A DNA stretch of 64,000 nucleotides from an uncultured bacterium (GTDB lineage Bacteria > Bacillota_I > Bacilli_A > RF39 > UBA660), in contig CASEVQ010000002.1 of the NCBI GenBank assembly GCA_949291455.1, forward strand, positions 5,763-69,762. Reading direction: 5' to 3'. Positions 36,822 through 46,648 of this stretch are shown piece by piece. Within the stretch, counting starts at the first letter, position 1. Each line of letters opens with the position of its first letter. The position numbers and the translations under genes were made by a program. The notes beneath the pieces are model-generated. The model made no database searches, was not told the DNA's origin, and saw nothing but the letters and a program-made list of their open reading frames with translations.

Positions 36822-39800
36822 ATTAGAAGTAAAAACTCAAGAAAGATTATTACATAAAGTGTTTGAAGAAAAACTTGATTATACTTATCTTGGTAATTTT
36901 GAAGATAGAGAAAATAATTCAAATATTGAAGAAGAATTACTTTTTAAATTTTTAATAAAGAAATATCCTGAAGAATTAGCTCGTAAAGCAATTGCAGAGT
37001 TAAAAAAGGTGGCTCATAATGAAACTAAATCATTATATGAAGTTAATAAAGAAGTTTATGAGTTATTAAAATATGGTAAAGGTATTACTCTTTATGTAGG
37101 TCAAAAGGAAGAAAAAATATATTTTATAGATTACGATAATTTTGATAATAATGGTTTTTATGTTGCAGAAGAAGTAACTTATAGAGGTCAAAATGAGAAA
37201 AGACCAGATATAGTTGTTTACATAAATGGTATTGCTATTGGTGTAATTGAATTAAAAAGAAGTACTGTCTCTATAAATGAGGGAATAAGGCAAAATCTTG
37301 ATAATCAAAAGCCTATATTTATTGAAAGATTTTTTACAACAATTCAATTTATTGTAGCAGGGAATGATTCAGAAGGTTTAAAATATGCAACAACATTAAC
37401 TCCGGCAAAATATTATTTGCCATGGATTGAGGATTATAAAGCTATAGGAAAGTTACATGAAAAAGTAAATAATCTTATTGATAAAAATGACTTGTTGATA
37501 GATCAACAAATATCATCATTATTTGAAAAGGAAAGATTGCTTGATTTATTGGATAATTTTATTGTATTTGATGGTGGTATTAAAAAAGTGCCAAGATATA
37601 ATCAATATTTCGGTGTAACAAATGCCAGGGAATTTGCAATGAAACATGAGGGAGGAATACTATGGCATACTCAGGGATCAGGCAAATCATTGTCAATGGT
37701 CTTAATTGCAAAATGGATATTATCCCATATTGCTAATTCAAGAGTATTAGTATTCACTGATAGAAAAGAATTGGATAAGCAAATTAAAGATGTGTTTGAA
37801 AATGTTGGAGAAAAGATTCATAGAGCAACAAGTGGTAGCGATTTATTGCAATCTTTAAATGAATATTCAAAAGGCAGATTAATATGTTCTTTAATACATA
37901 AAGTAGGGAGTTTTGTAGATGAAGAGTCAGATAAAAATTATTCTGAATATGTAAAAGAACTAACAAAATATAAAAACGAAAATTTTTTAGCAAAAGGAGA
38001 TCTATATGTATTTGTAGATGAATGCCATAGAACTCAAGCAGGTTTATTACATGATGAAATGAAACGATTATTACCTAATGCAACATTCTTTGGTTTTACA
38101 GGAACACCATTGATGAAGAAATCAAAGGCAACTACATTAGAAAAATTTGGTAAATATATTCATACATATAAATTCGATCAAGCAGTAAAAGATGGTATTG
38201 TTGTTGATCTATGTTATGAATCAAGAAATATAGAACAAAGAATAAATAATAAAGCTAAAATTGATGAATGGTTTGAAGCTAAAACTGCTGGATTAAATGA
38301 ATATGCAAAACAAAAGCTTAAAGAAAGATGGGGAAATCTTCAAAGTATTACTAGCTCTGGTAGTAGATTAGAAGAAATTGTTAAGGATATTATCTTTGAT
38401 TTTGAAAAGATACCTAGACTTGAACAATGTAAGGGAACTGCTATGTTAGTAGCAAGTTCAATATATGAAGCTTGTAGATATTGGGAAATTTTTCAATCAA
38501 AAGGATTTGATAAATGTGCAATAATATCATCATACTCACCATATATAGCTGATATAAAGGGTGAAGAAGATGGTGAATTTACAATATCTGATAAGCAAAA
38601 AATCTTTGAAGTATATGATAAAATGTGGAATAAAAATAAATACTCTAAATTAAGAAGTGATAATGAATATGATGATTATACTCAATGCTTTGAAGACGAT
38701 GCAATTCATAAGTTTATTAATAGTCCATCAGAAATGAAAGTACTTATAGTTGTGGATAGACTTTTAACAGGTTTTGATGCTCCTTCTGCAACATATTTAT
38801 ATATTGACAAGAAAATGCAAGATCACGGTTTATTTCAAGCTATATGCCGTGTAAACAGGCTTGATTCAGGCAAAGATTTAGGATATATAGTTGACTATAA
38901 AGATTTGTTTGAAAATATTGAGGGTGCTGTAGAAGATTATACTAATGGTGCATTTGATAATTTTGATAAAGACGATATTACTGGGTTATTGAAAGATAGA
39001 TTAAAATTCGGTAGTGAAAGATTAAATAACGCATTAAGAAAAATTAAATCAATATGTGAACCTGTTGAAAATCCTAAAGGAACACTTGAATTTTTACATT
39101 ACTTTGTTGCTGAAGATTTAGATACTATAAGTGAATCTAGAGAAGATAATTTAAAAAATACTGAAGCAAAAAGAGTTGAATTTTATGATGCCGTATCTGA
39201 TCTTGTTATTGCGTACACTAATATTGCTGATGAGATGACTAAAGCCGGTTACACAAAAGAAGAAATACAACAAATAAAAGAAAATGTTAATTTCTATAAT
39301 AATGCTAGAGATGAAGTTATGAAATCGGCTGGAGATTATATTGAACTTAAGAACTATGATAGTTCAATGAGGTATATGATTGATAATTATATAGGTGCTG
39401 AAACATCAGAATCTCAATATAAATTAGATGAAGCAACATTATTAGACGTGATAGTTGCAAGTGGATTAGATAAGGCAACTGAATCAATGCCTAAATCATT
39501 TAAGAAAAATAAAAAAGCAATGGCTTTAGCAATAGAAAATAATATTGCTTCAACTATTATAAATAATCAAAATCAAAATCCTAGATATTATAGTAAAATG
39601 TCAGAACTTTTAAGTAAATTAATTGAACTAAAAAAGGAGCAAAATCTTGATTATCAAGCTTACTTAGAAAAATTAATTGAACTTGTTAAAAAGGTTAAAA
39701 AGCCAGAATTAAGTGGTCAATATCCTAAATCAATTCATAATGCAAGATTAAGAGGATTATTCGATATTTTGGATAGAAATGAAGAAGAAACACTTGACCT

Positions 39801-39951
39801 TTATAATATTTTAACTAATAATGTACCTAAAGACTTCATGGATTCAAAGATGAAACAAAGAGAATTAAAACTATTATTATCCGTAAAATTAAATGATAAT
39901 TCTAAAGTAGAAGAAATCTTTAACCTATGGAAAAATACAAGAGGGTGTTAG
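36805..39951 (+). CDS. hsdR: Type I restriction enzyme HsdR (nuclease + SF2 helicase)
   Basis: The PD-(D/E)xK region is EKRPDIVVYINGIAIGVIELKRS. Helicase motifs are HTQGSGKSLSM, VFVDECHRTQ, GFTGTPL and QAICRVNR. Confidence 0.85.
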   Translation: MSRINELEVKTQERLLHKVFEEKLDYTYLGNFEDRENNSNIEEELLFKFLIKKYPEELARKAIAELKKVAHNETKSLYEVNKEVYELLKYGKGITLYVGQKEEKIYFIDYDNFDNNGFYVAEEVTYRGQNEKRPDIVVYINGIAIGVIELKRSTVSINEGIRQNLDNQKPIFIERFFTTIQFIVAGNDSEGLKYATTLTPAKYYLPWIEDYKAIGKLHEKVNNLIDKNDLLIDQQISSLFEKERLLDLLDNFIVFDGGIKKVPRYNQYFGVTNAREFAMKHEGGILWHTQGSGKSLSMVLIAKWILSHIANSRVLVFTDRKELDKQIKDVFENVGEKIHRATSGSDLLQSLNEYSKGRLICSLIHKVGSFVDEESDKNYSEYVKELTKYKNENFLAKGDLYVFVDECHRTQAGLLHDEMKRLLPNATFFGFTGTPLMKKSKATTLEKFGKYIHTYKFDQAVKDGIVVDLCYESRNIEQRINNKAKIDEWFEAKTAGLNEYAKQKLKERWGNLQSITSSGSRLEEIVKDIIFDFEKIPRLEQCKGTAMLVASSIYEACRYWEIFQSKGFDKCAIISSYSPYIADIKGEEDGEFTISDKQKIFEVYDKMWNKNKYSKLRSDNEYDDYTQCFEDDAIHKFINSPSEMKVLIVVDRLLTGFDAPSATYLYIDKKMQDHGLFQAICRVNRLDSGKDLGYIVDYKDLFENIEGAVEDYTNGAFDNFDKDDITGLLKDRLKFGSERLNNALRKIKSICEPVENPKGTLEFLHYFVAEDLDTISESREDNLKNTEAKRVEFYDAVSDLVIAYTNIADEMTKAGYTKEEIQQIKENVNFYNNARDEVMKSAGDYIELKNYDSSMRYMIDNYIGAETSESQYKLDEATLLDVIVASGLDKATESMPKSFKKNKKAMALAIENNIASTIINNQNQNPRYYSKMSELLSKLIELKKEQNLDYQAYLEKLIELVKKVKKPELSGQYPKSIHNARLRGLFDILDRNEEETLDLYNILTNNVPKDFMDSKMKQRELKLLLSVKLNDNSKVEEIFNLWKNTRGC

Positions 39952-39957
39952 ATACAA

Positions 39958-40659
39958 ATGCTAATAAATAACTACAATATAGAAATCAATAAAAAAGATG
40001 TTAAAAATATAAATCTTAAAGTGTATCCTGATTTATCTATTAAAGCATCAGTCCCCAAAAATATGAATATATCTAAAGTGAAAACAATGGTAATTTCTAA
40101 AAATGAGTGGATTAAAAATCAATTAAGAAAATATGAAGAACAAAATCGTATTTCTAAAAGGAAATATGTATCTGGAGAAGATCATTATTTAAATGGGAAA
40201 AGATATATTCTTAGAGTTTATGATTCAAATACTCCAAGTGTTAAAATTGAAAAAAATAATATATTAGCAATGTATGTAAGAAAGTCTTCAAGCATTAAAA
40301 ACAAAGAGAAATTATTAAATGAATTTTATAAGGATAATTTAAAAGTTAAAATTGATAAATTTATGCCTAAAATTGAAGAAAAAATTGGAGTTAAGTCAAA
40401 TAGTTATTTTATCAGAAAAATGAAGAATAAATGGGGGAGTTGTAATACTGACAAAAAAAATATAGTATTTAATCTTGATTTAGCCAAAAAGAAAGATGTA
40501 GAAATTAAGTATGTAATAACACATGAATTAATTCACTTAATAGAAAGAAAACATAATGATAATTTTAGATTACTTGTGAATAAGTATTGTCCTAAATGGG
40601 AACAATATCATGATTCGCTAAATGAAGTATTAAATGATAATAAAATGTTTGAAAATTAG
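39958..40659 (+). CDS. DUF45/YgjP-like zinc metallopeptidase often associated with Type I R-M loci
   Basis: It has an HExxH motif, YVITHELIHL, near the C-terminus, and the size is typical (233 aa). Confidence 0.7.
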   Translation: MLINNYNIEINKKDVKNINLKVYPDLSIKASVPKNMNISKVKTMVISKNEWIKNQLRKYEEQNRISKRKYVSGEDHYLNGKRYILRVYDSNTPSVKIEKNNILAMYVRKSSSIKNKEKLLNEFYKDNLKVKIDKFMPKIEEKIGVKSNSYFIRKMKNKWGSCNTDKKNIVFNLDLAKKKDVEIKYVITHELIHLIERKHNDNFRLLVNKYCPKWEQYHDSLNEVLNDNKMFEN

Positions 40660-40768
40660 TGAATAAGCAGTAATAAATACAAAAATGTGCTATAATTATA
40701 CATAGATAATAGAGTTACATTTCATTTAATGATGGAGTGTGCTCTATTTTTTGATTGGAGGTGTTAAA

Positions 40769-43700
40769 ATGATTGATAACATTATGTTAGATGTTGAATT
40801 AAAAAAGAAAGATAAAGAAGATATGAAAACTATTGAAATAATACGAGAAGAACTTAAAAATTATAATATGATCGATTTTATAGAAAAAGTTTCGGCTCTT
40901 ATACTTATTCCAGAGAATCAAAGTAAATCAGTTATATTTCAAACAATGATAAGTACTGCTATATCTTTAAATGAGTGCAACTATAATAAAGATAATAAGA
41001 TGAGTTACGGAAAATTCAAGCAATTTGTTTATAAATTCTCTAATTTAAATAAAAAAGTTATGATTGATCCTCCAGAATTTCCATTTGTATTACCAGTTAT
41101 CTATTATGATAATTACTATGTTTTTATGGGTTCTAATTCCTTATCGCCATTATATGTTAATCAAATGTTAAAATTATTTAGTATATATAGTGATAAGTTA
41201 GATCCTACGGAATCCAAAATATTGAAAAAATTAATTAATGGACTGTTGATTATATCAAGCAAAATATTTTTGAAATTAGATATTAATTTTAATGATTTAA
41301 AAAGTTTTAATAAGGATATTGATATAAAGATATTACCTTCCAATATTATGAATAAATACTGTGATATGGTTAAATTTGATACAGAAGAATTAAAAACTTT
41401 GCTAGGGGAAGATTATAGTGACTTAATTATTAATTTTGGTGATATTTCAGTAAATGAAATAAGTAATTTTGACAATCAAAAATTTTATAGAAAACCATTT
41501 ATAATTTCTGATAAGTTCGCAATTATATTAGATGTTACGACTATTATTTCTTTAATAATGAATTTAATTATTAAAAGATTTATTAAATGTAATGAAATAA
41601 ATATATTCACAGAATATAATAAATTAAGTTTACTTAATTTAAACAAAGATTTTTTCAGAATGGGCTTTCAAGAACTTGATCCTAAGACGTTTAGTATCGT
41701 TTTAGATAGAAATGAGAATATTAATGAATCAATATATATTTGTGGAAACGATATTGTATTTTATAATTTAGTCTTATTTGATAACGGACAAAATTATGAA
41801 AACGAACAAAACTATTATCTTGACATTGATAAACACTATATTGCAAAAAGAATAAAATATATATCATCACATCTAAAAAAAGAGAATATAGCTGAAGATA
41901 AGATTATTACAATAATTACTCCAACAACATTAGGAAGAAATATGTATTATATGTTAAGCGTTAATAAAAGTCATAATTTGCTTACATTAAGTCAATATGA
42001 AATAAATGCAATCGCTATTAATGAACAGGATAATTTAATGTTTTTATACAGATATATAAAAGCTAGAAATAGATTAGAACATTACCATAAAAATTTATTT
42101 TCAGAATTAAATATAGTAGCATTATATTCTGAACATGATAATTCGTTTTATTTTAGTGATGATTTTGATACCAAGGAAACACCAATGTATCTAATAGGTG
42201 AATATAGTAGCGATTATATTTTAAAATCATATATAAATGAGTCTTTTCATTTGGCAAAATATAAAAATAGATTTTCTATGATTGAAGTAATAAAACAAGA
42301 TGATAACATTTATTTTGCGCCAGGTTTATTTTTTAATAGACAATTAAATAATCTAATTGAATGTAATAAATTTTTTATTTGGGTATTTAGTGATGAACAA
42401 ATTATCGGAAATCTGTATTCATCTGTGAAGTTAATAATAGATATGATTTCATACTGGCTATCACAATTTTATGATTTTCTAAGTTTAATTAGTGGTGTAT
42501 TCAATATTGTAATCCATTGTGATGACAGTTTAAATATAATTCAATATGATAAAAACGAAAAAGCAGGCGAAATAAAGTTTGTCATAAATAATAATACATT
42601 AGATTTATACTTTATGAAAAATTCTCTTAAATATTTTGATGATAATGGTAATTCTAAAGAAAAGGAATTTATTTTTAATATTATTAATTATATTTGTGAT
42701 GAATATTGTATAAATATAGATCCAAATCTTATAGATAAGAAATTTGAGAATACCTATAAAAAGAAAATTATAACTATGAATTCTCTAGAAGATGCTTATA
42801 TGTTGCCATTTGATGATCAACCTCTTGTAAAAGTTAATAGTTCTGATATAAATTTAATTTTAGATGACGTTGGATTATTTTTGAAAAATGAGCTAAACAT
42901 AGATTATGGGAAAATAAATGATTATAAAGTTTTAAATCATATTGTTGGATTTCTGTATCATAAATTATTAAATATTGTTTCAAAGTATAAAAAAGAGCAG
43001 TTAATAGATTTCTTATATACTGAATTCGAAAAAAATTTATCATCAATGTTAATTAGGCAATCTAAATATGCAAACGATATAGCATGTTATCCAAATAGAA
43101 AAACGGAAATAAATAATATTATAAATGAATTAAACAGAACATCAGTTGCTTTAAAATTTTTAATTGAACTTGTTGGTTCAACGAAAGTTATTGGTATAGA
43201 AGATATATCTATATATGAGTTAAACTATGCTCTTTCACTTTCATCTACAATAATCGATTTTGCTTATACATGTGATATTTATAATTATAATATGGCAGAA
43301 AATACTTTGACATTATTGAATTCAAATAGGATTGGCTATAATAGAAATTTCTTAAATCGTGTTAATAAAGTACTAAAATCTGCTAAAACGGAAAAAATGT
43401 CTCCTGTTATTAAAAATAAACGTGAGCATATATTTAAATATACAGATATAGCAAAAAAAGAGATTCTTGGATTTGAAGATTCGTTTTTTGAAGAGTTTGG
43501 TTTTATGTTTAATGATTTTACTGAAGTTACTGTTTCATTGCTAGAAATAGCAAAAGATCAAGATAGTACATTAAATAGTGTTTTTAGTTTTACAAGAGAT
43601 GAAATAAAAAAATATATAAATAATTGTATAAGTAATGAAACAATTGATAGTATTATTGACTATCTTTCTCAAATTGAAAGAGATGATTATTTATTACCAT

Positions 43701-44374
43701 CTACTCCCTATAAAAAAGAAGATGTATATCCTTGGCGAAATAATAGAGAGTTGTCATTAAACAGAAAACCGTTGATACAATATAAAGATAAAATAATATA
43801 TGGTTATAGAACCTTGATTAATTCAGTGAATTTTCTCTTTGAAATAATAAATAATGGTACCTTTAAATCTCACAACCCTAAAATGAAAAGATACATCTCT
43901 GAAATTTCAAGAGAAAGAGGAGATTATTTCAATGAACTGGTATTTAATTATCTTTCAAGTTATGATGATTTAATTGTAGATAAAAAAGTGAATAAAATAA
44001 ACAAAAAAAGAATAGTGGATAGTAATAATAAAATTCTAGGTGATATTGACATAATAATTATATCAAAAAGAAAAAAGAAAATTATGATTTGTGAAACCAA
44101 AAATTTTGAATTATCTAGAAATATGTATGAATTACATTTTGAATATAAAGATATGTTTGATCCTAAAAATGAAAAGAGTTTTTATAATAAACATATGAAA
44201 AGAGTAAATTGGTGCAGGAAAAGTATTGATGAAATTAAGAAACATTATAAATTATCAAATACAAATTGGATGATAGATTATTGCTTTATTGTCAATGAAC
44301 CATTAGTTAGTAATAAGGCAATGAAAGCTAATGTGAAAACTTGCACAATAGAAGAATTGGATAAATATATATAA
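40769..44374 (+). CDS. large hypothetical protein (1202 aa) with C-terminal PD-(D/E)xK-like nuclease motif
   Basis: The ATG at 40769 follows ggaggtg. The C-terminus has LGDIDIIIISKRKKKIMICETKNFE (D...ExK). No other motif was recognised. Confidence 0.5.
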   Translation: MIDNIMLDVELKKKDKEDMKTIEIIREELKNYNMIDFIEKVSALILIPENQSKSVIFQTMISTAISLNECNYNKDNKMSYGKFKQFVYKFSNLNKKVMIDPPEFPFVLPVIYYDNYYVFMGSNSLSPLYVNQMLKLFSIYSDKLDPTESKILKKLINGLLIISSKIFLKLDINFNDLKSFNKDIDIKILPSNIMNKYCDMVKFDTEELKTLLGEDYSDLIINFGDISVNEISNFDNQKFYRKPFIISDKFAIILDVTTIISLIMNLIIKRFIKCNEINIFTEYNKLSLLNLNKDFFRMGFQELDPKTFSIVLDRNENINESIYICGNDIVFYNLVLFDNGQNYENEQNYYLDIDKHYIAKRIKYISSHLKKENIAEDKIITIITPTTLGRNMYYMLSVNKSHNLLTLSQYEINAIAINEQDNLMFLYRYIKARNRLEHYHKNLFSELNIVALYSEHDNSFYFSDDFDTKETPMYLIGEYSSDYILKSYINESFHLAKYKNRFSMIEVIKQDDNIYFAPGLFFNRQLNNLIECNKFFIWVFSDEQIIGNLYSSVKLIIDMISYWLSQFYDFLSLISGVFNIVIHCDDSLNIIQYDKNEKAGEIKFVINNNTLDLYFMKNSLKYFDDNGNSKEKEFIFNIINYICDEYCINIDPNLIDKKFENTYKKKIITMNSLEDAYMLPFDDQPLVKVNSSDINLILDDVGLFLKNELNIDYGKINDYKVLNHIVGFLYHKLLNIVSKYKKEQLIDFLYTEFEKNLSSMLIRQSKYANDIACYPNRKTEINNIINELNRTSVALKFLIELVGSTKVIGIEDISIYELNYALSLSSTIIDFAYTCDIYNYNMAENTLTLLNSNRIGYNRNFLNRVNKVLKSAKTEKMSPVIKNKREHIFKYTDIAKKEILGFEDSFFEEFGFMFNDFTEVTVSLLEIAKDQDSTLNSVFSFTRDEIKKYINNCISNETIDSIIDYLSQIERDDYLLPSTPYKKEDVYPWRNNRELSLNRKPLIQYKDKIIYGYRTLINSVNFLFEIINNGTFKSHNPKMKRYISEISRERGDYFNELVFNYLSSYDDLIVDKKVNKINKKRIVDSNNKILGDIDIIIISKRKKKIMICETKNFELSRNMYELHFEYKDMFDPKNEKSFYNKHMKRVNWCRKSIDEIKKHYKLSNTNWMIDYCFIVNEPLVSNKAMKANVKTCTIEELDKYI

Positions 44375-44408
44375 AATAAGAGTCGACTGAATCAGATCTT
44401 TTAATATG

Positions 44409-44681
44409 TTAATCTGTATGAGTATCTTCTTTATCATAATTCCATTGAATGGTTGCAAGACTTTTTAGAAATTCAACATCAATATCAAAGCATTTAATTA
44501 CGTATTTAGTAGGTACACAATGAGATGGTAAATATTTATTTGGATACTTATCTCTAAATTTCTTTTCAATATTTCTTTTGATAGTTCCTGCAACTGATTG
44601 AGTAAAATCTGCTATTTTCATTATATCTTGAATCGATACTCATGGTTTAGCTAATATATTTAATATTTCATTAGCTATCAC
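44409..44681 (-). pseudogene. DUF3173-like gene with in-frame TGA at the conserved Trp position
   Basis: From the GTG at 44681 (RBS agggggg) the translation is VIANEILNILAKP*VSIQDIMKIADFTQSVAGTIKRNIEK.... It aligns with LISKQWCDLEDLRKLTGLGKNNAIKLKKEI of the protein at 9133-9372. Confidence 0.35.
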
Positions 44682-45179
44682 AATAAATCCCCCCCTTTTT
44701 CAAAAGGTAGTATATTAATCACTTATTATTAGAAATCGGTCAAGAATAATACAGTTAAAAGATAAAGTTCTTTTTTCTCAAAATGTAAAATGAAATCTTC
44801 TCATTTTGTAAAATGGTTATTTTTAATTAGGCATATCGTGTCTAATTTTATTGGTACCTAAAATGATAAATTTAGCAAAAACAGCGAATAGTAACATCAA
44901 AATAATCATGTCTCAAAATAGGACTTCTCTCATAAAAATATTATATAAAACTGGCTTATAATGTGGCAAAAATGTCTTTGAAAAATATTTGACAAATTGC
45001 TAATTTTTTTTAGCAAAAATAAAATGGCCCCTGAAGGATCCATAATGCTCCTTTTTCACATTTATTTTTTTAGACTATTATTAACTGATGAATTTCTTTT
45101 TTTAGAAAAAAGAGCATATGATATAAAATTTATAAAATGTGATGTATAATATTATAAAAAGATTTGGTGATGTCAATAA

Positions 45180-45830
45180 ATGAAGAATATAAAAAGAAAT
45201 ATTGTATATATTGGTTATGATTCATATTACAAAGATACTCTTAAATTACGTGATACAAAAATAAATAATATTAAACCAAATTTAATTAATATTGATACAT
45301 TAGAAGAACTTGATAGAAAACAAGGATTCTTGTTGTTACTTACAATGGATGAATTATATGATTATTTTCCTAATATAGTAGATATATTTGAACCAGATGT
45401 TTATGAAATTGATAGATATTTGAGAAAAAAGTTTAAAAATTTTGAATACGTAATTGTAATTTCAATTGAAGAGTTTGATTATGGCCATATACCTTTTTCT
45501 AATATGTATGTAGTATTTGCAAATAACTATTTCAATACAGACGAAGGTATTAATGTCTTAATAGATAAAATATCTAAAGAATTTATATCTAAGAAAGAAA
45601 GTAAACTATCAAAAATAAAATGTAATAATGTAGAAAAATTAAGAACTTTTATTAAAAAGTCTAAGAAAGATTTTTTTACAACAGAAGAAATAAAACAAAA
45701 ATTAAATGTAAATGAAAAATGGATTCAAAGATATATGAAAGAAATGAATAATATTTATAATAATATAGGCTATAATAAAAGAAAAAGGTTATGGTATGTT
45801 GTAAAAAAAACAACACGAAAAAATAAATAA
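45180..45830 (+). CDS. hypothetical protein
   Basis: The 216-aa ORF is preceded by the extended -10 TGTATAAT. It has no motifs. Confidence 0.4.
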   Translation: MKNIKRNIVYIGYDSYYKDTLKLRDTKINNIKPNLINIDTLEELDRKQGFLLLLTMDELYDYFPNIVDIFEPDVYEIDRYLRKKFKNFEYVIVISIEEFDYGHIPFSNMYVVFANNYFNTDEGINVLIDKISKEFISKKESKLSKIKCNNVEKLRTFIKKSKKDFFTTEEIKQKLNVNEKWIQRYMKEMNNIYNNIGYNKRKRLWYVVKKTTRKNK

Positions 45831-45943
45831 AAGCAATGAAAAACGTAGAAATACGTTTTATTTTTTTGTCCATCACAAAACACTAGTCCAGCAAAAATTT
45901 TAATTAAGAGTTATAGTTATATCAAGAAAAGGAGGAATAGCAT

Positions 45944-46648
45944 ATGTTAGAGTTTGTTGAAAAACTATTAAGTTCACAAGATAACATTATAGATCAGCTA
46001 AAATTATTAAGAGAAAATAAAGATAATAAGGAGGTTAAGAAATATATGCGAGCTCTTGTTAAAGACAATAACTCGCCATATTTCAAATATTGTATTGACA
46101 AATATTATTTTAATAAAGATGTAAAGGAGGTAAAACCATCAATAAGACCATTAAGACCACTGTATCATTTGAGAAAAACAAAAAAAATACAGAGTCTTTT
46201 AGAATCTAGAAATAATATTATTGATCAACTTAAGTTACTAAAAGAATATAAAGGTACTAAATATGTTGATACTTATATTAAAGAATATTTAGAACTTTGG
46301 TCAAATGAGTACGAAGCTTACTGCATTCAAAAATATTACTATGATATGGATGTTAAAGAAGTAGAACCTAATGCCAAAAGTCTTAATATTACTTTATATA
46401 GAATTTCTTTTAAAGAAACAGAAAGTAAACAAGAAAAAGACAAACAAAATGGTTATGCAAAATCAGTCAAGAAAAACGATAAAATAAAAATACTAGATGG
46501 TCCTTTTAAAAATCAAATCGGAATAGTAAATTCCTTTGATAGAGGTAATTCTAAAATATTTGTTACAATTTGTCTTTTTGAAGAAAAATTTAATATAGAA
46601 TATGATGGTAAGTTTGAAAAAATTAAGGAGGCTAAAAGTGAAAAATAG
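45944..46648 (+). CDS. KOW-domain protein with two N-terminal ~65-aa tandem repeats
   Basis: The C-terminus KILDGPFKNQIGIVNSFDRGNSKIFVTICLFEEKFNIEY is a NusG-type KOW motif. The internal repeat ...NIIDQLKLL...KYY.D.DVKEV.P occurs twice. Confidence 0.5.
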   Translation: MLEFVEKLLSSQDNIIDQLKLLRENKDNKEVKKYMRALVKDNNSPYFKYCIDKYYFNKDVKEVKPSIRPLRPLYHLRKTKKIQSLLESRNNIIDQLKLLKEYKGTKYVDTYIKEYLELWSNEYEAYCIQKYYYDMDVKEVEPNAKSLNITLYRISFKETESKQEKDKQNGYAKSVKKNDKIKILDGPFKNQIGIVNSFDRGNSKIFVTICLFEEKFNIEYDGKFEKIKEAKSEK

